Assembly: GCA_002269645.1 (NCBI GenBank)
Contig: NIVC01004112.1
Coordinates: 1-29,656 of the forward strand
Reading direction: 5' to 3'
DNA: 29,656 bases
DNA from: Macrostomum lignano
Lineage: Eukaryota
The notes beneath the pieces are model-generated. The model saw only the letters and a list, made by a program, of their open reading frames with translations, was not told the DNA's origin and did no database searches. Made by a program: the position numbers and the translations under genes. How positions within the stretch are numbered: the first letter of the stretch is position 1; every line of letters begins with the position of its first letter. Positions 13,424 through 23,300 of this stretch are shown here, in pieces.

Positions 13424-14495
13424 GACTAACTAACTAACTAACTAACTAACTGACTGACTAACTAACTAACTGACTGACTAACTAACTAACTAACTAACTA
13501 ACTAGCTAACTAACTAACTAACTAACTAACTAACTGACTAACAGGTGAACGGCGTCGTCTGGCCCAGCGGCCGTGTGGACGTGGACCGGGCCAACTGCAG
13601 CAAGCGGCTGTGCCTTCATGGCCAGCTGTCAACACAGCCGCTCGAACTCTCCGAGGTGCCGCCCTGCACGCTGTCCGACGAGGTGCAGGCCGGCACCGCC
13701 GGATCCGAAGCGCAGCGGGTGATGGACAAGTCCGGCTGCTGCTACCGGGCCAGCCTGCGGGCCTGCGCCAGGGGCAGCACCCTGCTGAGGGAGGCCAAAC
13801 GTCCGGACGGCCGCTTCTGCCGGTTCGCCACTCCAGTCAGCATCGACCGGTGCGTAGGCGCCTGTCCGGGTAGCAACTCTGTGCACGTCACTGAGCAGGT
13901 GAGTCCGAGCCTTGATGTGGGTAGCCTAATGGGCAGTGCCTAAGAGAGGCAGAGTCTCAGGCACTGAGGGAGAGGCAGATTCTCAGGCACTGAGGGAGAG
14001 GCAGATTTTCAGGCACTGAGGGAGAGGCAGATTCTCAGGCACTGAGGGAGAGGCAGATTCTCAGGCACTGAGGGAGAGGCAGATTCTCAGGCACTGAGGG
14101 AGAGGCAGATTCTCAGGCACTGAGGGAGAGGCAGATTCTCAGGCACTGAGGGAGAGGCAGATTCTCAGGCACTGAGGGAGAGGCAGATTCTCAGGCACTG
14201 AGGGAGAGGCAGATTCTCAGGCACTGAGGGAGAGGCAGATTCTCAGGCACTGAGGGAGAGGCAGATTCTCAGGCACTGATCGGGGAGGCACCAGCAGGAA
14301 TCCAGTGAATCGCACAGCTGCCCCACTGCACCACTGCAGGGCACGGTGAAGGTGATGGGCGAGTGCTCCTGCTGCAACCCGACGGGCTACCGGGCCAAGC
14401 CGGCCATCACGGCGGCCTGCACGGACGGCGGCAGCATGCAGCTGACTCTGTACGCTATCGAGGGCTGCAAGTGCTCGGCCGGACTCAAGCCGTGA
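2..14495 (+). CDS. 5'-truncated giant secreted mucin / SCO-spondin-hemocytin-like protein. Model: join(<2..9139, 9222..9616, 9939..11632, 12170..12440, 13545..13898, 14340..14495), with four -1 frameshifts in the first exon
   Basis: All five introns are GT..AG with matching phases (1,0,2,0,0) and give one continuous protein. TSP1 motifs (W-x-x-W-x-x-C..C-G-x-G..R-x-R) are split across the 9616/9939 and 11632/12170 junctions, and the cystine knot is split across 13898/14340. Stop TGA at 14493-14495. Confidence 0.88.
901..1394 (+). other. Globular domain type A, copy 1 (further copies 3826..4320 and 6316..6810); divergent discoidin/FA58C-like
   Basis: ~165 aa, begins RVCIEIDGLSNPFIISPSNIQV and ends LQIGIYGC. 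This matches the C..G...I..S.I start and LxLxxxGC end of FA58C domains; an internal C-x6-C is also present. Confidence 0.55.
2163..2666 (+). other. Globular domain type B, copy 1 (further copies 5089..5592 and 7468..7971; diverged partial copy B0 at <2..~330); homologous to type A
   Basis: 168 aa, QRCIEEDGMANNGPIGLSDISV...CSNNFIEC...VQVSMLGCY. Aligns to type A at the first Cys, IG(R/K) core, C-x6-C and terminal GC. Confidence 0.55.
9222..9616 (+). CDS. Exon: Cys-flanked RGD, vWC-like module, first TSP1 repeat (N-part)
   Basis: Acceptor TTTTTAG|CG at 9221/9222, donor CAG|GTAAGC at 9616/9617; encodes TPPPCLARGDCEC...DCGQCSCSNGALRC...DCQWGQWKPWGSCSSTCGTG. Confidence 0.88.
9939..11632 (+). CDS. 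Exon: TSP1 repeats, two TIL domains, vWC-like modules
   Basis: Acceptor TTATTCAG|GAA, donor ACCAG|GTAAAT; WSxWSxC motifs, spondin-type DCxVxxW..AANGGxAC repeats, TIL pattern CxxTC..C..GCxC..G..C. Confidence 0.92.
11691..12153 (+). repeat. 32-bp minisatellite, ~14 copies (GACACTGAACCCTGGACAGAGAGCCATTATTA), intron 11633..12169
   Basis: Unit starts at 11691, 11723, 11755. Confidence 0.95.
12170..12440 (+). CDS. Exon: end of TSP1 repeat 7 and third TIL domain
   Basis: Acceptor CCCCTCAG|A completes the phase-2 Arg codon; SIATPAANGGAECVG...CETTCAQ...CQPGCQCKPG...CVSIQDC; donor CAG|GTGAAC. Confidence 0.88.
12469..13542 (+). repeat. (TAAC)n microsatellite with TAGC/TGAC variants, filling intron 12441..13544
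   Basis: Directly visible. Confidence 0.98.
13545..13898 (+). CDS. Exon: vWC-like remnant and N-half of C-terminal cystine knot
   Basis: Acceptor CTAACAG|GTG, donor CAG|GTGAGT; ...FCRFATPVSIDRCVGACPG. Confidence 0.85.
13944..14279 (+). repeat. 26-bp minisatellite, ~13 copies (GAGAGGCAGATTCTCAGGCACTGAGG), intron 13899..14339
   Basis: Unit starts at 13944 and 13970. Confidence 0.96.
14340..14495 (+). CDS. Terminal exon: C-half of cystine knot (CTCK)
   Basis: Acceptor CACTGCAG|GGC; GTVKVMGECSCCNPTGYRAKPAITAACTDGGSMQLTLYAIEGCKCSAGLKP* shows the CxCCxP...CxDG...IxxCxC pattern. This frame is absent from the ORF track. Confidence 0.85.
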   Translation, partial: GTVKVMGECSCCNPTGYRAKPAITAACTDGGSMQLTLYAIEGCKCSAGLKP

Positions 14496-15039
14496 GTTCG
14501 AGTTTCGAGCGAGCAATGAAAAACTTCAATAATGAAAGAGACAATACAAACTGCTTATTAACCTGTGCGGATTTCTGGTGGCGGGAGCAAAGCTTACAAA
14601 GTATTGTAATTCTAAGGGATTGAAGAAACTATTTTTCATATATTCTATTACATTGGCAGGCAAATAGCAATGTGTCTGTTCCAACCGCTGTGATGCGCAT
14701 ACGATAAATATCTTGCGGATTGCCCCTATTTATTCCTAATATTATCATTAAAATAGAGCCAGATGGATTCAGATTACACAGTTTTTTTGCGAAGAAGCTG
14801 TGATTAAATATAGCAACTCTATTCATTGCATTGCAAAGCTCCGCCCATTCTTACGGTGCTTTTCTGTGTTAAGCTTTCGTTACTTTGTCAAAAGAGAAAA
14901 TTAAGGAAGGCGCGTGACTTGTTAGGGACACTGCAATGTCAGCAGGGGTTTCCACCCCGGTCTGAATCTACTTCCGTGTCCATCAGAGAGGGGTCTGAGA
15001 TTGTGGGTGAGAGAGGGGTCAAAAAGGGTGAAATCAGAG

Positions 15040-15716
15040 ATGGGACGGCAGGGGGGAGGTCAGAAGGGATGAAATGGGAGGTCAGAGGGGGGTAGGTCAG
15101 AGAGAAGGTCAAATAGGGGAGGTCAGAGGGGAAAGGTCAGAGGGGAGGGGTCAGAGAGGAGAGGTCAGAAGAGGTCAGAGAGGATAGGTCAGAGAAGAGA
15201 GGTCAGAGAGGGGAGATCAGAAAGGGAAGGTCACAGGGGAGGTCACAGAGGAGAGGACAGAGAGGTCAGAGAAGGGAGGTCAGAGAGGAGAGGACAAAGA
15301 GAGGTCAGAGGAGAGGACAAAAAGAGGTCAGAGAGGGGAGGTCAGAGAGGAGAGGGCAAAGAGAGGTCAGAGAGGGGAGGTCAGAGGAGAGGACAGAGAG
15401 GTCAGAGAGGGGAGGACAAAGAGAGGTCAGAGAGAGGTCAGAGGAGAGGACAAAGAGAGGTCAGAGAGGGGGGGTCAGAGGAGAGGACAGAGAGGTCAGA
15501 GAGGAGAGGACAAAGAGAGGTCAGAGAAGGGAGGTCAGAGAGGAGAGGACAAAGAGAGGTCAGAGAAGGGAGGTCAGAGAGGAGAGGACAAAGAGAGGTC
15601 AGAGGAGAGGACAGAGAGGTCAGAGAGGAGAGGACAAAGAGAGGTCAGAGGAGAGGACAGAGAGGTCAGAGAGGAGAGGACAAAGAGAGGTCAGAGGAGA
15701 GGACAGAGAGGTCAGA
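15040..15716 (+). repeat. Degenerate purine-rich intergenic repeat (GAGAGGTCAGAGAGGAGAGGACAAA-like)
   Basis: Directly visible; variable unit length. Confidence 0.9.
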
Positions 15717-16402
15717 ACTTAATGCAGTGTTTGTTGCAGCATGTTTGCATGTTCAAGTAAGCCGATATTTGCAATAAAAAACTGGCATGACAAAGACCAG
15801 CTCTGCGGGCAGTCTTGTGTCAGTAGCAGCAACTGTATGCTCATAAATATCATGAATAATGTTGGCGTGCATCAGTGATAAAATATAAAGCGTTATATTT
15901 AGAGCCTGGACAGCAAGGACACAGGTACAAATAAACCACCAAAGCGGGGAAGGACCACCAAGATCTGAGATTTGAGAAAACCGCTTCTGAAATCTGCAAA
16001 CTTGCGCAACTGAATGTGCGACACTATTGCAGTAGTATGCTAATAGTAATACAATATGATTTTAATTTGTTAATTATATAATTTACACGAATCAATAAAA
16101 GCGCTGAAAAGCAAAGGCAGTTTAAAATAGATGCATAATGATATTAGCATAGACTACGGAACCCTATTTTATCTTTGCACTCTTGCGCTCTGAAGCTACT
16201 TAAAGTAGGAATAATAGCATTTTATTTTATTTTAATCAAAAATATCAGACAGACTTGCCGACACCGCAGCGTAGAGAAGCGCGCGATACTCAATGGGATG
16301 ATGGGATGTTAGGAAACTGTGGGAGACAGATGACACTTATTATAGTTCAGTATATGTATATGGATATGCAGGGCCCTGGCTTGCACTGTAAACGACATGT
16401 TA

Positions 16403-16726
16403 TTAACCGGTAACCCAGGTAAATACCCAATTAACCGGTAACCCAGGTAAATACCAAATTAACCGGTAACCCAGGTAAATACCCAATTAACCGGTAACCC
16501 AGGTAAATACCCAATCAACCGGTAACCCAGGTAAATACCCAATTAACCGGTAACCCAGGTAAATACCCAATCAACCAGTAACCCAGGTAAATACCCAATC
16601 AACTGGTAACCCAGGTAAATACCCAATCAACCGGTAACCTAGGTAAATAGCCAATCAACCGGTAACCCAGGTAAATACCCAATCAACCGGTAACCCTGGT
16701 AAATACCCAATCAACCGGTAACCCAA
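16403..16726 (+). repeat. 28-bp minisatellite, ~11 copies (TTAACCGGTAACCCAGGTAAATACCCAA), ~140 bp beyond the dynein stop
   Basis: Unit starts at 16403 and 16431. Confidence 0.95.
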
Positions 16727-16865
16727 ACAGACCCCAACAAAACACCCTGCAAGCTTAGGAATATCAATACCGGGTAACCAAAGAAAAATAGCAAAAAAAC
16801 CGGCAGACCCAGCAACCCCGAAGTCAAAGAAGGTCCCGAGTTCGAGTCCCCCAGGCGCGGCAGAC

Positions 16866-17360
16866 TCAGCGAATTGGGCCGACGCCGGGCGGGTCCTGCT
16901 CGGCGGCAGCGAGCTCAGCGGTGGCCTGCTTGAGCTCGTGCAGGGTCCGGCCAAGCAGCTTCCATTCCTCCTGGCGCGGCGAGGCCAGGCTGTCCGCCAG
17001 CTCGAACACGGTCAGCCGGCCGAGGTGGTCGCCGGCGCCGAGCAGCAGGCCGGAGTCGCTGAACCGGCAACGGTTGACGGCCGCGTCGCACTGGGCCCTG
17101 GCGGCGGCCTGCTCGGTGTCCAAGTTCAGCTGCCAGAAGTCCAGCCGGCCGAGGGCGTCAGCGGCGCAGAACAGGGCCGGGTTCACCGGCGACCAGCACA
17201 GGTCCATCACGTAGTCGGAGGTCTCCTCGAACACGTGCACCGTGCCGAGGTCGCGGAGAGACCAAAGGCGGACAGTCCAGTCGAACGAGGCCGACAGGAC
17301 GATGTGGCCGAGATCGACTGGGCCGGTGGCGCGATGGGTGGCCACGGCCGACACGGGGCC
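16866..17360 (-). CDS. DYNC1I: Dynein IC exon 5 (WD40, stop)
   Basis: Acceptor CTCCAG|GGC; TGA at 16868-16866. Confidence 0.93.
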   Translation of the reverse strand, partial: GPVSAVATHRATGPVDLGHIVLSASFDWTVRLWSLRDLGTVHVFEETSDYVMDLCWSPVNPALFCAADALGRLDFWQLNLDTEQAAARAQCDAAVNRCRFSDSGLLLGAGDHLGRLTVFELADSLASPRQEEWKLLGRTLHELKQATAELAAAEQDPPGVGPIR

Positions 17361-20300
17361 CTGGAGTGGCCGAGGGGGGTGGGGTTGCAGTGAACTGCAT
17401 GCACGGCACTGCTGGGTGATTGATGCCCTATTGTATAGAGCTCTCCACTCTATGCTCCCTTCTCTTCCCAACCCTCTATACTCTCTCCCATTGTCTCCAC
17501 TCTCTCTTAATCTTCTCTCATCTCTTCCTGTCTTTTCTCTCTCTACATATCATCTCCTACTTTCTCATCATCTCATCTCTCCCCATGTTTTTTCATATCT
17601 TCCCACCATCTCCCATCTCTTCCCACCATCTCTGATCTATCCCCATCATCTCTACTCTTCCCCAAACTTCCCTAATCTCCCCCAATCACCTCTACTCTCC
17701 CCCAATCTCTACTCTCCCCAATCCTCTCTACTCTCCCCCAATCACCTCCACTCTCCCCCAATCCTCTCTACTCTCCCCTAATCTCTACTCTCCCCAATCC
17801 TCTCTACTCTCCCCCAATCACCTCCACTCTCCCCCAATCCTCTCTACTCTCCCCCAATCACCTCCACTCTCCCCCAATCACCTCTACTCTCTTCCCCAAT
17901 CACTTCTACTCTCCCCCGATCACCTCTACTCTTCCCCAATCACTTCTACTCTCCCCCAATCACCTCTACTCTCCCCCAATCCTCTCTACTCTCCCTCAAT
18001 CCTTCCTACGGTACTCTACCCCAGCTCTCATCTCGGACGAGCCAGCAACCCTCGAACAATCGGCAGCTTCCCAGACTACAAGAGAGCCAGACTGTCCCAT
18101 CGCACTCGCCAAGCAGCCAGGCGTGCTGAGCCTTAAACAGCGGGCAGTGCGCGCGGGTAAAGAGGGCCCCGCCAGCAAAACAGCAGAGGGCGCCTTCAAA
18201 ATATGTTTTGGCAGAGCATTTGTCACCGAAGCGAGCAATGTATTATTAATTGTTCTGCACTTCGGCAAAGATTGGCTGCGCTGTGTTAAATAACATTTTT
18301 GTAACTTTGCAACCTACAGCTGTGTAACCAGGGTGCTTCCCTCGGCTTATGGAGATCGTGAAGATTTTTAAAAGTGTTTGTAGTACAGTCGTAAAATTCC
18401 GATATGCTCTTCAATTTGCAACTTCCCTGAAAACCCTCCAACATCCCTAAAAACCCTCCAACATCCCTAAAAACCCTCCAACATCCCTAAAAACCCTCCA
18501 ACCAGTGGTCCCAGCGAGTAGGTCACTGATTTTTCGCAACATTCTATTTTTTTTCGCGCATAGATCAAAATCATATGGCGCGCACAACCTTGAAAAGGGT
18601 GCACTGTAATTCTTTTAGGTACGCGCTACACTGTGACAAAAATGTCAGCGAAAGTGCAAACCGTGTTGATGTTTGATGCAACCACAACCACCTGATAGTC
18701 AATTTTAGTCTACCACCTACATTGCTTTCAGAAATTAATGATTCCAGCAACCAAGGATTACAAATAAAAAGGGCTTGTCAACTTAAGCTCATAAAGTGGA
18801 GCCCAAGTAACCATGTACACAAATGATGTCATTCTGCTCACAGTGACACCAGAAAGCTGGGTTCGGCAAGTGACAAAAGTTGGACTTGGGATAGAGAAGA
18901 GAAAGAGAGGGGATAATTAGGGACTCTATTTTTTTAACTTAAGTTGACATAATATTCCCAATTATCCCCTTTGGTTGTTCTTCCATGTTCTAAAGGTCGT
19001 TACTAGGGTTACACATCCTCGAGAGCCTTTGGAATAAAAACAGTGATATTCATAAAACAGTGAAGAAAAGAAACGTGGATAATTTTAATCAGTAACTTTG
19101 ACCGAATCTCAAGTTAGTCAGCAGTAAGAATAGTGCAATTGTAAATTTACTCATCCAACTCGGCCTGTGGCTTCTCCACATAGTTGCCATCCAAATGCAC
19201 ACACTTCTGCCACCTGGACCACATGGCGTTGATAGCCTCGGCAAACGCAGAGAGAGGCATTTCGTAGAGGATGACGTGGCGAGTGAGGCTTTCAAGTTCA
19301 CTTCGGTTTTGAAAAACCCAGCCGCGAAGAAGTTTCTTTATTTGGGGGAAAATTGCAAAATTGGCAGGTGCCAAATCTGGCGAGTATGGCGGGTGAGGCA
19401 GCAACTCAAAGTTAAACTGCTTCGATCTTCCTCCTAAATCTTCGTCCTTCCCGCTGTATGGGGTGGAGCATTATCATGATGCAAAGCAGGGCTTCTCGCC
19501 AGAACGACGCCACTTGTTCCTAAGATTTTGATGTCCGTAGGCCAGGCCATAGACATTGACAAGTTTTACACGTTTGTGGCACGAATTTAAATCCATTTAC
19601 CACGAACAAAATAACTTCAAAATGTACTCGAGGATGTGTAACCCTAGTACCGACCTTAGCGAACATTTTATGTGTAGCAAAGAGATGCTTAGACATATTG
19701 ACGTGATTCAAAAAGCTACATTTTTATGAGAAATTTATCTTTCGTTTAACACCAAGGACGTGAAAATATGATTAGTAACTGTGGAGCAATGATAGAAATT
19801 CCGGGAACTTTAGGGACACCCTTCGTAGAAGCATGAACTTTCAAAAATTTCGCGCCAATCAGTTGCGAAAAATTCGCGCCATTGCTGTAAAATTTGCGCA
19901 TTCGCGCCTCACTGGGACCACTGCCTACAACATCCCTAAAAACCCTCCAACATCTCTAAAAACTCCCTAAAATCCCTAAAAACTCCTCAAAATCCTAGAA
20001 AAACTCCCTAAAATCCCTAAAAACTCCCCAACATTCCTAAAAACTCCCCAAAATTCCTAAAAACTCTCCAAAATCCCTAAAAACTTTCTAGAATCCCTAA
20101 AAGCTCTCCAAAATCCCTAAACATCTCCAAAATCCCTAAAAACTCTCCAAAATCCCTAAAAACTCTCCAAAATCCCTAAAAACTCTCCAAAATCCCTAAA
20201 AACGCCCCAAAATCCCTAGAGACATCCAAAAATCCTTAAAAAAACTCTTCAAAATCCCTAAAAACTTGGCGAAAAGTTGCCAGGCGGCGCGCACCTGGTG

Positions 20301-23300
20301 CCCATCAAGCGCATCCATAATGCCAGCCTTGGCGCCGTGCCTGCAGCCGGTGTACATTGAATAATCCTCGCTGCCAACCACAAAATGATTGGCGTCGCTT
20401 GGCGCAAAGTCCAGACAGGTGGCCGGCACGGGCCGATTCTGGCGCTGCAGGTCCAGCGTCTCCTGCGGCTGGGACAGCATGTCCAGGCTCCACGTGCACA
20501 GCCGGCCGTCGCTGCTGGCCGACACCAGGTTGTGAGCATTCTCGCTGCCCAACACGCACACGCTGAGCACTGGCTGGGTGTGAGCAGTGGAGCTCAGCGG
20601 GCTCCGCTGCACGGGAGTCCGCCTGGGTGTCCGGTTGTCCCACAGCACCACCTGGCCAGAGTAGGTGCCGCCAACAATGAGGTTGCGATGGAATTTGGCG
20701 AAACACGCCGAGGTAACTGGCGACTGGCAGTGGAACACGAACTCGGGACTGTCCTTGCGGAATTTCACGTTCCAGACGCAGACGACACCGTCGGGTTCCT
20801 GCGGCGCGTCCTCGTTAGCGTTGTAGGCGGCCAGGCAGAGCTCCGGGAAGTGCGGCGACCAGTCCAGGGCCGTGACGCAGCGGTTGCGGGACCAGCGGTC
20901 GTCGTAGAACACGCGCTGCTGCTTCACCTGGGCGGGAGTGGTCCGGGTAGACTCGATTAGCCAAACTAACTCTAGACTAGGCCAACCTAAATCTAGACTA
21001 GGCCAACCTAAATCTAGACTAGGCCAACCTAAATCTAGACTAGACCAACCTAAATCTAGACTAGGCCAACCTAAATCTAGACTAGGCCAACCTAAATCTA
21101 GACTAGGCCAACCTAAATCTAGAATAGGCCAAACTAAATCTAGAATAGGCCAAACTAAATCTAGAATAGGCCAAACTAAATATAGACTAGGCCAACCTAA
21201 ATCTAGACTAGGCCAACCTAAATCTAAAATAGGCCAACCTAAATCAAGACTAGGCCAACCTAAATCTAGACTAGGCCAACCTAAATCTAGACTAGGTCAA
21301 CCTAAATCTAGACTACGCCAACCTAAATCTAGACTAGGCCAATCTAAATCTAGACTAGGCCAACCTAAATCTAGACTAGGTCAACCTAAATCTAGACTAC
21401 GCCAACCTAAATCTAGACTAGGCCAACCTAAATCTAGACTAGGCCAACCTAAATCTAGACTAGGTCAACCTAAATCTAGACTAGGCCAACCTAAATATAG
21501 ACTAGGCTAGGCTAGACTAGGAAACTTAGCTAACCTGAACCAACACAATCCAAGCCCACTAATGCTCAAAATGCCTCAAATCACATCTCAACCAAGCACA
21601 ATGGATGTATCCGTCACAATCAATTTATTGCAGCCGCACTGTGCGGCGTACTAAAGCTGAGAGCAACGGCCAATCATATTGCAGCGCATTTGTCACCGAA
21701 CAGAGCAATGGAGAGCAATCTACAGTTCGGCAAAGATTGGCTGCGAGTGCTGAGAATGTCTCGAAGGATTAAGTGGGTATCCAGTAGAGCATCTAGAGAA
21801 ATGTGTGCATTAGTTTATGGAGAATGAGTATTTTAGAGAAATATTTAGGGATTTGGGAAGCGTGTGGGGATCTTGGAAACGTGTGCGGATCTTGGGAGGC
21901 AAATGGGGTTTTTGGGAAACGTATGAGAATTTGGGAAATGAATGGGGTTCTTGAGAAGCGTATGAGAATCTTGGGAAGGAAATGGGGATTTTGGGAAACG
22001 TGTGGGGATCTTGGGAAGCGAATGGGGATTTTGGGAAGCGTATGAGAATCTTGGGAAGGAAATGAGTATCTTGGGAAAGGAATGGGGATCTTGGGAAATG
22101 AATAGGGATATTGGGAAGCGTGTGGGATCTTGGGAAGCGAACAGGGATCTAAGGAAATGAATGAGGATCTTTGAAAGGGAAAGGGGATCTTGGGAAGCGT
22201 ATGAGAATTCTATGAAGGAAATGGGGATCTTGGGAAGTGAATGGGGATCTTGGGAAATAAATGGATACCTTTTTGGGAAGTAGGGTTTTAGAAAATTTCG
22301 GGATGTATCGGAGAATCTTGTGGTTTTGCGATCTCACAAAAGTCATCAGCTCCAATCCTCACCTGCTGCTTGGCGGTTTCTCCCAGCTCCGTGTCCCCGG
22401 AGCCGCCAGAATAGTCGATAAAAATGTCCACATCCTCGGCCAGTGCCCGCTCCATGACTCTGGCGGTCTTATCAAAGAATCTGACAAACGACTCGCTAAG
22501 CAGAATCTGCTGCCTCTCCTCGTCAGACAGTTCGCGCGGCTTCTCCGGCTCGGCGGCAACTGGCGCGGCTCCGTCTGCGGCTGCTCCGGCGGCCACCAGC
22601 TCCTGGACGTGCGGCATGCGCTGAAGCTCAGCTAGGGCCTCGGCCGCGTTGACGCCTTCGCCTTCGCGCTCCGACTCGTCGTAGGTGAGCACTGGGGGAA
22701 TGAGTCAATCAATTGGAGCTATGCATATGGGACCAATGAGATTGCGGGAAGCTCCTCTCTCTCCCTCTCCTGGCCAATCAGATCGCGGGAAGCCTCTCTC
22801 CCTCTCATGACCAATTAGATTGCGGGAAGCCTCCCTCTCGTGACCAATTAGATTGCGGGAAGCTTCTCTCTCTCCTGGCCAATCGGATCGCGGGAAACTT
22901 CTTCTCCCTCTCTTGGCCAATCAGATTGCGGGAAGTTTCTCTCTCCCTTTCTTGGCTAATCAGATTGTGTAAAGAGAAACAAATGTTTTACATACAAAGT
23001 GCAGAAATTCCGGGTAAAATTAGGCTTGATTGTAATGTTTTCTCAACATTTGAAGGGATAAACAATGGCGTGAAATTTATATAGTACATTTGTAGTATAG
23101 GGTACGGTTATTGTTGAGCATTGAGTATCATTTTAAACTAGTGCAAAATAATATCGTAACTAACACAGCAGCTTGGGGTTGTTCATAACGTTTTTAGAAG
23201 GACCAGAGAAATTAAGATTGCAAAAAAATCTTATTAAAAACATAGGATTGGCATTTTTTAAAGGAGAATGCCCGTTATAGGCAAGGGATATGACATATAG

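Larger units (their letters stand above)
18503..19923. mobile_element. Non-autonomous hAT-type DNA element (1421 bp including nested mariner)
   Basis: 16-bp TIRs CAGTGGTCCCAGCGAG (18503-18518) / CTCACTGGGACCACTG (19908-19923), 15/16 match. 8-bp TSD CCTCCAAC (18495-18502) / CCTACAAC (19924-19931), 7/8 match. Subterminal inverted 12-mer at 18529-18540 / 19862-19873 and clustered TTCGCGC motifs. CAG termini plus an 8-bp TSD are hAT hallmarks. Confidence 0.82.
18424..20262 (+). repeat. 20-bp minisatellite (AACATCCCTAAAAACCCTCC / AAAATCCCTAAAAACTCTCC) split into 18424..18502 and 19924..20262 by the hAT element
   Basis: Same unit on both sides of the insertion. Confidence 0.92.

Noticed and set aside
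1-14495. Naming the gene SSPO, hemocytin or a known flatworm adhesive protein (e.g. Mlig-ap2)
   Set aside because: Shared domain types only; the N-terminus is outside the window, the repeat region does not match what I recall for these proteins, and no search could be run.
14520-16400. AATAAA hexamers as poly(A) signals for either gene
   Set aside because: Several candidates on both strands in AT-rich DNA; none can be singled out.
9950-17781. Overlapping GC-rich ORFs on both strands over the TSP1 exons and dynein exon 5
   Set aside because: Off-frame products of high-GC3 coding sequence with no recognisable motifs.
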